DNA of 47,952 nucleotides, taken from positions 1-47,952 of IMG/VR virus record IMGVR_UViG_3300012971_000009; one strand, written 5' to 3'. Below, piece by piece: positions 17,482 to 26,014 of the stretch. Position numbers and translations under genes: made by a program. Below the pieces are notes generated by a model. That model had not been told where the DNA came from. It worked only from the letters and a program-made list of their open reading frames with translations, and made no database searches. This stretch comes from a virus. Taxonomy: Duplodnaviria > Caudoviricetes. Every line of letters starts with the position of its first letter. The first letter of the stretch is position 1.

Positions 17482-18607
17482 CCTGGCCCTCGGCTCGGAG
17501 TTTGGTGACGATCTCGTCGGTGCCGTACACGCCGTTGCGCGCCAACCACGTGAACACCTCGGTGTCGTGCCAGCTGGCCACCGCCAGCAGTGCCGCCAGC
17601 ACGGCCACGTTGGCCTTGGCGTTCTTGGTACGGTAGTCACGCACCAGGTTGACGGGATCGGTCAGCGACAGGTCCAGCTCCAGCATGGTGGCCACCTTGT
17701 AGGCCACGTCCTTGGTCAGGGACCGCTCCACGAACTGGTTCAGGGCCATGGGCATGACGTCGGCGACCTTGGCCGTGCGCACCGCTCGTTGGATCTGGGC
17801 CTCCTGGAGCTGGCGGGCCTGCTTCTCCAGCTTGGCCTCGATGTTGCGGGTGGCAGTCTGGCGCTCGCCCGGTTCCCAGAAGCCGATGGTCACGCCCGTC
17901 TCCACGTTGGAGTCCACGGTGATCAGGTCGTCGATGCCGATGGGAGGTAGGGACTCGGGGGTGGCGTAGCGGTCGCGCAGTGAGTAGCCCCGGGGCACCG
18001 AGGTGGCCACCGAGATCTCCCGCTCCTTGAGGGCGGCAATGACCTTGGCCTCCTGGTCCAGGCGCTCCTGGAACTCGACGGCCTGGGTGATGCGCCATTC
18101 CGTGGGGTCCTTGGCCAGCTCCTCCTGCACGGTGTGGTCGTCGATGGCGGCGATCTGCTCGGCCACCCGCTCGCCCAGCGTGCCCTTGATCACGGCGTTC
18201 TGGAGCTTGGGCGACAGCTTGAGGAGCTTGAGCTTCTTGGATACGTTGGGCTGGGCGATGCCCACGGTCTGAGCCACCTCGCGCTGGGTCTGCCCGGCGG
18301 TGATCAGGAGCTGGAAGGCCTGAGCCTCCTCGATGGGGTTCAGGTCGAGGCGGGCCATGTTCTCGGTGAGCTGGCTGGTGACGTAGGCGGCGTCGGTCTC
18401 GGCGATGTTGATGGTGTGGACGGGAACCTCGTCCAACCCGGCCAGCTGCGCTGCCGCCAGACGCCGGTACCCGGCGATGAGCGTGCCGTTGAGCGTCACG
18501 GTGAGGGGCACCAGCACACCGTGGGCCTTGATCGAAGAGGCCAAGCCGGTGAGGTCTCCCAGGTCCTCACGGATGTTCACGTAGGTCTTGATGTCAGCGA
18601 TCTTCAT
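17471..18607 (-). CDS. parB: ParB/Spo0J-family protein
   Basis: LASSIKAHGVLVPL, LIAGYRRLAA, TENMARLDLNPIEEA and HTH TQREVAQTVG..QPNVS..L.LL.L. Confidence 0.88.
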   Translation of the reverse strand: MKIADIKTYVNIREDLGDLTGLASSIKAHGVLVPLTVTLNGTLIAGYRRLAAAQLAGLDEVPVHTINIAETDAAYVTSQLTENMARLDLNPIEEAQAFQLLITAGQTQREVAQTVGIAQPNVSKKLKLLKLSPKLQNAVIKGTLGERVAEQIAAIDDHTVQEELAKDPTEWRITQAVEFQERLDQEAKVIAALKEREISVATSVPRGYSLRDRYATPESLPPIGIDDLITVDSNVETGVTIGFWEPGERQTATRNIEAKLEKQARQLQEAQIQRAVRTAKVADVMPMALNQFVERSLTKDVAYKVATMLELDLSLTDPVNLVRDYRTKNAKANVAVLAALLAVASWHDTEVFTWLARNGVYGTDEIVTKLRAEGQGEV

Positions 18608-18860
18608 GGGCGAGCAACCTCTCTATGAGTTCGTGGAACACGGGGGCGGTCCCGATGGCGTTCTGGTAGAGGACGTGGGCGTCACAGTGGTTGCGAATCA
18701 GCACCTTGTTGCCGTGAGCGTCGGTGACCCACGTGTCTCCCTCTCGCTCCGAGGCGAAGAGCCACGCCTTGAGTGCGGCGTCCTTACCCCGGAACTGCTT
18801 CAGCTTAGCACCACCGGACATGGTGATGCGCAGGGCATCGAGGGGTTGGGGCGGCGTCAC
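18594..18860 (-). CDS. Hypothetical protein (88 aa)
   Basis: Coupled ORF in the early operon. Confidence 0.6.
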   Translation of the reverse strand: MTPPQPLDALRITMSGGAKLKQFRGKDAALKAWLFASEREGDTWVTDAHGNKVLIRNHCDAHVLYQNAIGTAPVFHELIERLLAHEDR

Positions 18861-19159
18861 GGGGCCAGTAGCTCCGAGGCGATGATGCCCTCGGCCGACA
18901 GCAACAGGGTGAGGTTATGGATCACGGTCTCGGCATCCTCGGTCTCGGAGAAGCGGGCGATGAGATCGAGGAGCTGGGCGTTCTGGGTCATGAGCAGGCG
19001 CAGACCGCCGGGGTGCTCACCCAGGCCGCACTGCTCCATGAGGTTGGCTAGGCCCCGACGTCCGGCCGTTCGGGCCTTGCCGGTGATGGGCCGGGTGATG
19101 GAGTCCTGGCTACGGCACATCTGCCACAGCTGCTCAGCTTCCTGGACGGTCAGTCCCAC
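18857..19159 (-). CDS. Hypothetical protein (100 aa)
   Basis: Coupled ORF, GGGAG SD. Confidence 0.6.
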   Translation of the reverse strand: MGLTVQEAEQLWQMCRSQDSITRPITGKARTAGRRGLANLMEQCGLGEHPGGLRLLMTQNAQLLDLIARFSETEDAETVIHNLTLLLSAEGIIASELLAP

Positions 19160-19430
19160 GCACCACTCCCTTCAGTTCGTAGCGGTAGTTGTTCTCGCCC
19201 GGCGTGTCGGGCAGGATCTTGGGGTAGTCCTCGTACAGCACTCGGCGGATCAGGGCATGGTTGGAGCCGTAGGAGACCAGCCTCACCGGGCCACCGGGGA
19301 TCTGGTACACGAGCACGTCGTCGCCTCGTAGCATGACTCGGTCCATGAGGACGTGGACGTAGTCGAGTTGAGCCTCGGTGTGGTCGGGGTTGGTCCCTAC
19401 CCACTGAGCCACGGCTTGTTCACGGGACAT
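19134..19430 (-). CDS. Hypothetical protein
   Basis: GGAGGAG SD; typical codon usage. Confidence 0.65.
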   Translation of the reverse strand: MSREQAVAQWVGTNPDHTEAQLDYVHVLMDRVMLRGDDVLVYQIPGGPVRLVSYGSNHALIRRVLYEDYPKILPDTPGENNYRYELKGVVRGTDRPGS

Positions 19431-19902
19431 CTCCTCCACCTGTGTCCTCCTTGGGAAGATCGGGAACGGGTCCTTCGATGAACCTGGCCCCGCCGTCCAG
19501 CCAGACGATGTCGGGAGAGTCGAGAGTGGCTTTGCGGGCCATGGCCACCATCTCCACGATGGGCGTGGGTGGAGACGAAGGCATGTGGTCCTCGTGGTTG
19601 ACGATCTCGCACAGCCGCTGGCCCATGGCCTGCTGGCACATGGCCACCAGGAGCCACGGGTGAAGCTCCTCGGGCACAGCCTTCAGCCACTCGCTGCCGC
19701 CGCCTTCGTGGAACAGCGTCACCAGGTGCTCGGCCATGTGGTCCACCACGTGGCACAGGTTGTGGGCCACCGTCACCTGCTCGGCACTCCAGTGCTCGGC
19801 CAGGGCGTCGGCCTGGCACGTGGCCAGGCGCATGACCATCTCGGGCGCGTCGGACCAGCCCACGTACATGTACTCCTCTTCTTCGTCTTCATCCATCGTC
19901 AT
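19420..19902 (-). CDS. Hypothetical acidic protein (160 aa)
   Basis: Coupled ORF. Confidence 0.65.
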   Translation of the reverse strand: MTMDEDEEEEYMYVGWSDAPEMVMRLATCQADALAEHWSAEQVTVAHNLCHVVDHMAEHLVTLFHEGGGSEWLKAVPEELHPWLLVAMCQQAMGQRLCEIVNHEDHMPSSPPTPIVEMVAMARKATLDSPDIVWLDGGARFIEGPVPDLPKEDTGGGDVP

Positions 19903-20290
19903 CTGACTCCCTGTTCATATCCTCTGCTGTCACTGCGGGGATGTTGACGATGTCCTGTTCCTGATCACCCATCTCCCAGGTGGCGTGGGCGGCGGCGATC
20001 ACGGCCTGGAGGAACATGGAGGGCAGGGCGATGGCCTTCATGGCCAGGATGGGGTTGTTGGTGGCGTGGCCGATGTCGTCCATCATCTCGGTGGAGGTGG
20101 TGAACACCGACGACAGGCTCTTGTCCAGGGCGCGCACGAAGCCCCATACGGTGGGCATGTGGACGTCAGGGACCGAGACGAACACACCGTTCCAGAACAG
20201 GTCGCCCCAGGTCTGCATGATGTCTTCGATGTCTTCGGACTGGACGTGGGCCAGGGTCTCGCCCGGTGTCCAGTTGTCCTCGTTGCTCAC
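19889..20290 (-). CDS. Hypothetical acidic protein (133 aa)
   Basis: GGAGGAG SD, GTGA overlap. Confidence 0.65.
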   Translation of the reverse strand: MSNEDNWTPGETLAHVQSEDIEDIMQTWGDLFWNGVFVSVPDVHMPTVWGFVRALDKSLSSVFTTSTEMMDDIGHATNNPILAMKAIALPSMFLQAVIAAAHATWEMGDQEQDIVNIPAVTAEDMNRESDDDG

Positions 20291-20664
20291 GACTCCTCCT
20301 CCTCCTCCTCATCGGCGAGCATGGCCACGACCACGCCCAAGACGGGCGGGACGCACACCTCTTCACCGTCGAAGGCCTTGTCGATGTCGACGGACAGGTT
20401 CCACACGTACTGGGCCAGGACGCAAGCGAGTTCCTCCAGTGGCATGCCGGGCACGTTGCCGTCGATCCAGGACTCGTGGATCCTCGACACCATGTTGGCA
20501 AAGGTGATGAGGCCACCGATGAATGACGCCTTCTCCTCGGGTGGACAGGCGTCCACCACGGCCTTCAACAGCTTGGTCTGCTCCCGGGAGGCGAGGTCGA
20601 TGACGTCACCGACGGTGACGCCGACGCCCATGCCTACGATGTGGATCCCGTCGTCTTGGCTCAT
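20287..20664 (-). CDS. Hypothetical acidic protein (125 aa)
   Basis: ATGA overlap with the nuclease gene. Confidence 0.65.
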   Translation of the reverse strand: MSQDDGIHIVGMGVGVTVGDVIDLASREQTKLLKAVVDACPPEEKASFIGGLITFANMVSRIHESWIDGNVPGMPLEELACVLAQYVWNLSVDIDKAFDGEEVCVPPVLGVVVAMLADEEEEEES

Positions 20665-21575
20665 GCATTCCCCTCACAGTGGCTCTTATGGCGGCAGTAG
20701 TCACATCCCCACCACTCTCTCTTGACTACCTCCTGGCCCACTCTCACCACTCCTGATGCCTGGGGAATCACCAACCCGGCGCCTGCGATCTCGTTGTCCC
20801 AGATGCGGGGGTCTGTCATCACGCCCGCGTCGGCCTCGGCCAGGATGGTGAGGAACCGGTTGCGGGCCTCCCGGGCCAGCACCTTGATCTCGTCAGGGCC
20901 GTAGTGCCACTCGGCGGTGAACCGACCGATCTGATCCACCCCCATCTTGCGGGCCAGGTCTTCGGAGATCAGCTCGGTGGACAGGTAACCGACCACCATC
21001 TTGTCCACCTTCAATGCCTCGGCGGACAGTGCGGCCTGGTGCACGGCACCCAGTCGAGGACCCATCGGCCCACCCCGGAAGGGTGCGGCCATGATCTTGA
21101 ACTGGTAACCGCCCACCGTCTTCAGCTCGATGAGGGTTCTGCGGACCTCGGTCATGTTCAGATCGGGTTCGCTGAGCAAGATGTCAATGGTGGCGGAGCC
21201 GTCCAGTCCGATGTCGATGAGATCGACCTTGACTTCGAACTGGGAGAGGGGGAACACCTCGGGCAGGTGCTTCTCCATCATGTCGTGCACCAGCGTGCCG
21301 ATCATGAGGCGATACTCGTCGGCGACGGTGTTCGGGTTGGTCTCAGGTACCCCGTCGACGAGATACCTGATGGCGAGATCGCAGGGAATCCCGGCCCAGC
21401 TTGCTCTTACCCTTCTTCCCGGCACCGCCATCTCGCGGTTTCGGCTGTTTGCGACTTCGGGACTTCGCGCCCACGCTCCCACGATCAGGGGCAGGAACTC
21501 GGCGTCGTGGGGCGGGTCCTTGTAGGTCTTGGCGGCTCGACGTTTCGCCTCGGGTAGGTCCAGAGGATTCGGCAT
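20661..21575 (-). CDS. Cas4-like PD-(D/E)XK exonuclease
   Basis: RAS.AG.PC, GT.VH, FE...ATIDIL...IELKT, Q.A, C-terminal CDYC.....C. Confidence 0.8.
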   Translation of the reverse strand: MPNPLDLPEAKRRAAKTYKDPPHDAEFLPLIVGAWARSPEVANSRNREMAVPGRRVRASWAGIPCDLAIRYLVDGVPETNPNTVADEYRLMIGTLVHDMMEKHLPEVFPLSQFEVKVDLIDIGLDGSATIDILLSEPDLNMTEVRRTLIELKTVGGYQFKIMAAPFRGGPMGPRLGAVHQAALSAEALKVDKMVVGYLSTELISEDLARKMGVDQIGRFTAEWHYGPDEIKVLAREARNRFLTILAEADAGVMTDPRIWDNEIAGAGLVIPQASGVVRVGQEVVKREWWGCDYCRHKSHCEGNA

Positions 21576-21729
21576 TCGGTGGCTCCTCTTGTCCGATGGG
21601 GTAGGCCTCGACGAGGTGGTGGTACAGGTACGTACCCCGTCCGTCGGTGGCTATGGCGACGGCGTCGTCGGGAGTGTCGGCGTCCACCTCCACTTCGTTG
21701 ACGTAGATCATCACCACATGGAAGTGCAT
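21343..21729 (-). CDS. Hypothetical protein
   Basis: Plausible N-terminal ~50 aa (EVEVDADTPDDAVAIA); GA-rich RBS; tail overlaps the nuclease gene. Confidence 0.55.
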   Translation of the reverse strand: MHFHVVMIYVNEVEVDADTPDDAVAIATDGRGTYLYHHLVEAYPIGQEEPPNAESSGPTRGETSSRQDLQGPAPRRRVPAPDRGSVGAKSRSRKQPKPRDGGAGKKGKSKLGRDSLRSRHQVSRRRGT

Positions 21730-21808
21730 CTCTCTCTGTCTCCATTCTAGCTTGTTCCGGGGGGACCGTCGTCGATCCCCCCGGTGCCAAGCTCCGAGAG
21801 AGGACCTC

Positions 21809-23290
21809 TCAGGACCCGTTGTTCGCGGCCAGCGTGCCGATGTGCTGACCCTCGTCGATGGCCTCGCCCTCGTCCACGGGGCGGTGCATGTGAGAGCCGT
21901 GGATGGCCTCTTTGATGGCCGTGTTCATGACCTTGTCCAGGCTGGGCACGGGAGCCACGTCGCTGGCGCCGTCCATCAGCGCCTTCTGATCCCGCAGCTG
22001 GTTGGCGGCGTAGATCAGATCGTCGGTGTCGATGAGACCGACCACGCCGTCGTTACGAGCGACCGAGTACCGCAGCGCCCGGTCGAAGGACTCCTTCACG
22101 AAGGCGGGGACGTAGTCGTACACGGCCTGATAGAGCCGGTCCCAGTCCACGTCGGGGTCGAGCTTGTCACGCAGCACCAGCTTGGTGAGGCGCTCGACGC
22201 CGGGGCGGTCCATGCCCTTGATGGAGATGACGGCATCCAGCCTTCCGGGCCGGATCATGCCCTTGTGGATCTGCTCCACGTGGTTGGTGGTCAGCACGAT
22301 CAGCATCTTCAGGTCCTTCACCGTGATGCCATCGAACATGTCCAGGATCTGGCTGACGGTCTCGCCGGTCCCGGCCTCGGTGATGACGTCGAGATCTTCG
22401 AAGAACACCACGCTGGGCTGGTACATCCGTGCCGTCTGGAGCACCGAATAGAGATTGTCCCTCCCGGGGCGGCAGATGAGGAACGTCCAACCGTGCTGGA
22501 CGGCCACCTGAGCGGTGAGATACGCGGCCAGCGACTTGCCGGTGCCGTAGGGACCTTCGAACAGCACGCTGCGCTTGCCGGGCTGACCCAGTTCCTGGAG
22601 CACCTTGGCATGGCGGATGGGCGACCACACATTGGCCTCCAGCTGGGCCTGCACGTCCTCGGTGTAGACGACGGAGTCCCACTCCACGCCACTGGTGTCG
22701 AAGAAGTTGGGATTCTCGGCACCGTCGATGGCCTGGCCCTTGTAGATGGAGTTGGTCTGCAACTCCGCCTCGATGAGCTTGAACAGACCGTCGATGTGAT
22801 GACGGTACTTGCGAGCGCCCTCGGCACTGAGTTGGAAGCACCGACCCAACTCGGGGTGGTGGCTGTCGCCCATGTACAGGGTCACACCCCGCAGGCCGGG
22901 GATGGCCATGGCCCCCCACGGCACCTGCTCGGTGCGGCCCACGCCGATGGGGATGTCGATGAACTGGGGCGGGCTGGAACCGAACATCGACTCGATGCTG
23001 CGACCCACGGTGAAGCCGAAGGCCTTGCGGATGGCGTTGGCGGTGGCCCGGGCACCATCCCAGGGCCGGTACAGGAACTGCTTGTTGATCTGGTACTGCT
23101 GCTCCTCATCACGCATCCGCTGGGTGAGGAAGGCGATGGCGTCCTCCAGGCCCCGGCATGTGATCGGAATCACAAAGCGGTTGCCTTCGAAGACGATGTC
23201 CTCCTCCGTGTTCAGCTGTCCACCCAGGATGGCGAGCTGATGGAGTGCATCGGCTCGCACCTCGTCCTGGGTGCGGGTTGCTCTGGGCAT
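21809..23290 (-). CDS. AAA+ ATPase (classical AAA clade)
   Basis: Walker A GPYGTGKS, Walker B VVFFEDLD, sensor TTNH, SRH IRPGRLD. Confidence 0.9.
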   Translation of the reverse strand: MPRATRTQDEVRADALHQLAILGGQLNTEEDIVFEGNRFVIPITCRGLEDAIAFLTQRMRDEEQQYQINKQFLYRPWDGARATANAIRKAFGFTVGRSIESMFGSSPPQFIDIPIGVGRTEQVPWGAMAIPGLRGVTLYMGDSHHPELGRCFQLSAEGARKYRHHIDGLFKLIEAELQTNSIYKGQAIDGAENPNFFDTSGVEWDSVVYTEDVQAQLEANVWSPIRHAKVLQELGQPGKRSVLFEGPYGTGKSLAAYLTAQVAVQHGWTFLICRPGRDNLYSVLQTARMYQPSVVFFEDLDVITEAGTGETVSQILDMFDGITVKDLKMLIVLTTNHVEQIHKGMIRPGRLDAVISIKGMDRPGVERLTKLVLRDKLDPDVDWDRLYQAVYDYVPAFVKESFDRALRYSVARNDGVVGLIDTDDLIYAANQLRDQKALMDGASDVAPVPSLDKVMNTAIKEAIHGSHMHRPVDEGEAIDEGQHIGTLAANNGS

Positions 23291-23316
23291 GAGTTGTCCT
23301 CTCTCTTTTCTCTGAC

Positions 23317-23976
23317 TCATGGCTGATATGCCACTCTCAGTTCTTCCATGAGTTCCTGACGGGGCTTACGTCCCGGGCGGTTGGCCTTCAGGGTGGCCGT
23401 CATCTCTAGCACCATGTTGCGTCCCGCCTGGGCGTGTTTATGGGCCAGGTCGGCCCACGCCTGGGGCGTTTCGGCCTTGAGGCTGGCGAGGTACGGGCTG
23501 ACCTTGCACACCACCTCGTCCAGCACCCAGTCACCGCGGTAGCCGTAGTCGGAGCGCCAGTAGTAGGGCTGGCCGAAGGTGAGGAACGATGACGGGAACA
23601 TCCTTCTCACGTGCGTAGGATCCTCGTCGGCATCATCGGAGGCACCATGGGGGCAACGCACCGTCATCACGCAGCCGGTAGCGGCCATGATGTAGAGGTT
23701 GTCCATCGCCACCAGCACGTCCGGCAGGTGCTCGATCACGTGGCACAGTTCCATCTCCGTGAAGTGCTTCTCAAAGTCATGGGGCCGCACCATGCGGTGA
23801 CCCTGGTCCCACACCGCAACGGTGGGCGGCTCGCAGATGTCCCCCACGATGTCGAAGCGGTCCATGCCCTGCTGGCGGACATGGTCCAGGTTGACCCAGT
23901 CACCACGTACGTCGCGGCCGCACCCGACGTTGAGGCGGGTGGGTAGATCAGTAGTACGGGACGCGGGCTTTGTCAC
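23317..23976 (-). CDS. Class I SAM-dependent methyltransferase (Methyltransf_11-like)
   Basis: LNVGCG...WVNLD, GDI, HVIEHL, DPTHVR. Confidence 0.82.
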   Translation of the reverse strand: MTKPASRTTDLPTRLNVGCGRDVRGDWVNLDHVRQQGMDRFDIVGDICEPPTVAVWDQGHRMVRPHDFEKHFTEMELCHVIEHLPDVLVAMDNLYIMAATGCVMTVRCPHGASDDADEDPTHVRRMFPSSFLTFGQPYYWRSDYGYRGDWVLDEVVCKVSPYLASLKAETPQAWADLAHKHAQAGRNMVLEMTATLKANRPGRKPRQELMEELRVAYQP

Positions 23977-24133
23977 GATGCAGCTCCAGTTTCGGGGACC
24001 AGTGGGGAGTGGGTTCTCCATCCCCTTCTATCCCACAGCCGCATGCCCACCACGTGATCATTCCCGAGGTATCAATCAGCATCTTCCAGCTGAAGCCCCG
24101 ACACCAGCGTCGGAAGTACTCACCCTCACCCAT
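23948..24133 (-). CDS. Hypothetical protein (61 aa)
   Basis: Fills the operon gap. Confidence 0.4.
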   Translation of the reverse strand: MGEGEYFRRWCRGFSWKMLIDTSGMITWWACGCGIEGDGEPTPHWSPKLELHRDKARVPYY

Positions 24134-24371
24134 TGATGGGTAGTGGCGCGGGCGTGCCGCGGTCGTCGAGGGTGGGCCGGGGCACCACGTTGAATCTGAC
24201 GATCATGACGTAGTCGTTGGTCCCCACCTGGATCTCCTCAAGCACCCCGTCGGGGGCCGTCACCTCGTGGTAGTCCAGGTCCATCTCCGCTGCTCCTCTC
24301 ATGGCTTCGTGACGAAGGATGCGTGCCTCGTTGGTGAGGCCGTCGGATCGGATGTGGGCGAACAGTCTCAC
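24126..24371 (-). CDS. Hypothetical protein (81 aa)
   Basis: AGGAGG SD, typical codon usage. Confidence 0.6.
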   Translation of the reverse strand: MRLFAHIRSDGLTNEARILRHEAMRGAAEMDLDYHEVTAPDGVLEEIQVGTNDYVMIVRFNVVPRPTLDDRGTPAPLPING

Positions 24372-24718
24372 TCATGCCCTCCTTCAGGGCGTCGATCAAG
24401 GACGTGAACAGGCGGGGTTGAATCGGCCTGAACCATTGCGCTCGTTGCGCTGCGGGGCAGGAGCAGGGTCCGGTGATCCTGCTCCTGCACCACAGACATA
24501 CGACGGTGGCACGCACCGACGCATCGTAGACATCACTGCCTACGGCCACCGCCACACCAGCGAGTAAGACGGCATGGCCAATGGGGGCGATCCCAGATCG
24601 GCGCCATCAGCGTTCGCTGTAGCGGGGCAGTGGACTTCCGCAGTCGTCGGCACCGGGTACTGATAGCCCCGATTGTGGGAAGTGACGGGGCGGCGTGGTG
24701 ATACGACGACGGCGATGT

Positions 24719-25117
24719 TCAGGCGAAGGCACCGAGTTCGGCTCGGGCCTTGCCCAGGATGGTCTTGACCTCTTCGAAGGTGGTCCGGGGGCAGTCGTTG
24801 AAGTAGGTGATCACACCCATAGACGACACCGAGTCCTTGCGCACATAGCTGAGCTGGGTGAACTGGGCGCCCATGATGACGCGCTTGAGGAAGTCGCACG
24901 TGTCGAGCCAGACCCTCGGCTCGCACGCCAGGATGTGGCGGAAGCTCACCGGCTCCCCCAGCAGCAGGGCGATGGCGTGCGCCATCCCTCCGACCAGGCA
25001 GAACTTTTTGTCGCCGGGGTGGTAGAAGTTTCCCTTGCCCCAGAAGCTGTCGGTGGCGAACACGTCCTCGTCCATTTTCGTGAGGACGTCGCCCACCGTG
25101 ATCTCGTTCAGGTTCAT
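24719..25117 (-). CDS. DUF6197-like hypothetical protein
   Basis: W.KG.F.....FCLVGG...I..FND.P.TT.EEV...L..A. Confidence 0.7.
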   Translation of the reverse strand: MNLNEITVGDVLTKMDEDVFATDSFWGKGNFYHPGDKKFCLVGGMAHAIALLLGEPVSFRHILACEPRVWLDTCDFLKRVIMGAQFTQLSYVRKDSVSSMGVITYFNDCPRTTFEEVKTILGKARAELGAFA

Positions 25118-25130
25118 CTTGTCTCCTCTC

Positions 25131-25220
25131 TCATCGACTTCCGTCGAAGAATCCGATCATGTACCAGATCAACCCCCATATGGTGAGGACTGTCACGAAC
25201 AGCCACCAGGGGATGTCCAT
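25131..25220 (-). CDS. Single-TM microprotein (29 aa)
   Basis: TGATG coupling; MDIPWWLFVTVLTIWGLIWYMIGFFDGSR. Confidence 0.55.
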   Translation of the reverse strand: MDIPWWLFVTVLTIWGLIWYMIGFFDGSR

Positions 25221-25582
25221 CAGTACGAGTTGTGCACCGTGCAGGGCTGGTGGGTGGCGTTCTCCTTGTCGTACATGAGCTGCACGAACTCGATCCAGGA
25301 CTTCATGGCCAGCAGGCACAGCTGGGGGTCCGACTCGTAGCGCTCGTAGCACTCGGCCAGGGCCTTGGGCAGGCGAGGCATGAGGTCATTGGCGAAGTAG
25401 GTGTGCGTGGCCTCGGGCGAGGCCCACGTCTCGGGGAACATGGTGTGGGTGGCGTACGGCTCGCCGTGGTAGGCCTCCCGGAGGTAGCCGAAGCGACCGC
25501 AGGTGATGTCGAAGCCCGTCACCTGGGCCTCTTTGTCCTCCTCGGTCATGCCCTCCCACGTCAGGTAGATGTCGATGCCCAT
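25220..25582 (-). CDS. Conserved phage hypothetical protein (MGIDIYL...GYLREAYHG)
   Basis: Typical codon usage; AGAGAGAGGA RBS. Confidence 0.75.
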   Translation of the reverse strand: MGIDIYLTWEGMTEEDKEAQVTGFDITCGRFGYLREAYHGEPYATHTMFPETWASPEATHTYFANDLMPRLPKALAECYERYESDPQLCLLAMKSWIEFVQLMYDKENATHQPCTVHNSY

Positions 25583-25623
25583 CTCTTGTCCTCTCTCTAG
25601 TTGGGGATACTCCCTCTTGCCCT

Positions 25624-25701
25624 CTAATCAAGCACTGTGATGAGGTAGAGCACCACGGCGCAGACCAGGATGACAAGGGGGAGCAGTAGGTAGACGGGCA
25701 T
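25624..25701 (-). CDS. Single-TM microprotein (25 aa)
   Basis: GGAGG SD; MPVYLLLPLVILVCAVVLYLITVLD. Confidence 0.55.
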   Translation of the reverse strand: MPVYLLLPLVILVCAVVLYLITVLD

Positions 25702-25712
25702 TTTCCTCCGCA

Positions 25713-25758
25713 GCCACGAGTGATCTGATTCTGGCCCGCCCGCCACGAGTGATCTGAT
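25713..25758. repeat. Two perfect 17-bp direct repeats GCCACGAGTGATCTGAT
   Basis: Copies at 25713-25729 and 25742-25758, 29-bp period, intergenic. Confidence 0.9.
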
Positions 25759-25767
25759 CCCGATCGA

Positions 25768-26006
25768 CCCCCGGTCCTGTCCGGTTGGAATCGTGGTCCT
25801 GGGCCAGGACCGGGGGGGTTGGTTTCCCCACCCTGGCGACCACAGGGGATTGCGATCAGCACCAGGGTGGGGAGATCAGTAGGCGGTGGCCGGTTAGGGG
25901 TGAGCACGCACCCCCGGCCACCGCCATCCTCGCTCCTAAGTGACGTGCTCGCGGCTACGGAGCGAGTGACCTGAGTACCACCAGGAGGGTTTCCCCTCCT
26001 GGTGGT
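25768..26006. other. Array of five consecutive hairpins (structured non-coding element)
   Basis: Stems 25768-79/25805-16, 25820-36/25862-78, 25882-93/25914-25, 25929-36/25959-66, 25977-89/25994-26006. Confidence 0.75.
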
Positions 26007-26014
26007 GAGCGAGA

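Noticed and set aside
20661-21575. Cas4-like gene as evidence of a CRISPR system
   Set aside because: No repeat-spacer array or other cas gene was seen; solo Cas4-like nucleases are common in phages.
24238-24555. 105-aa ORF with CLWC...CSC
   Set aside because: Weak start and a 130-bp overlap with a better-supported gene; the frame in this gap could not be resolved.
25713-25758. Direct repeat pair as a mini-CRISPR array
   Set aside because: The repeat is only 17 bp with a 12-bp spacer, too short for a CRISPR unit.
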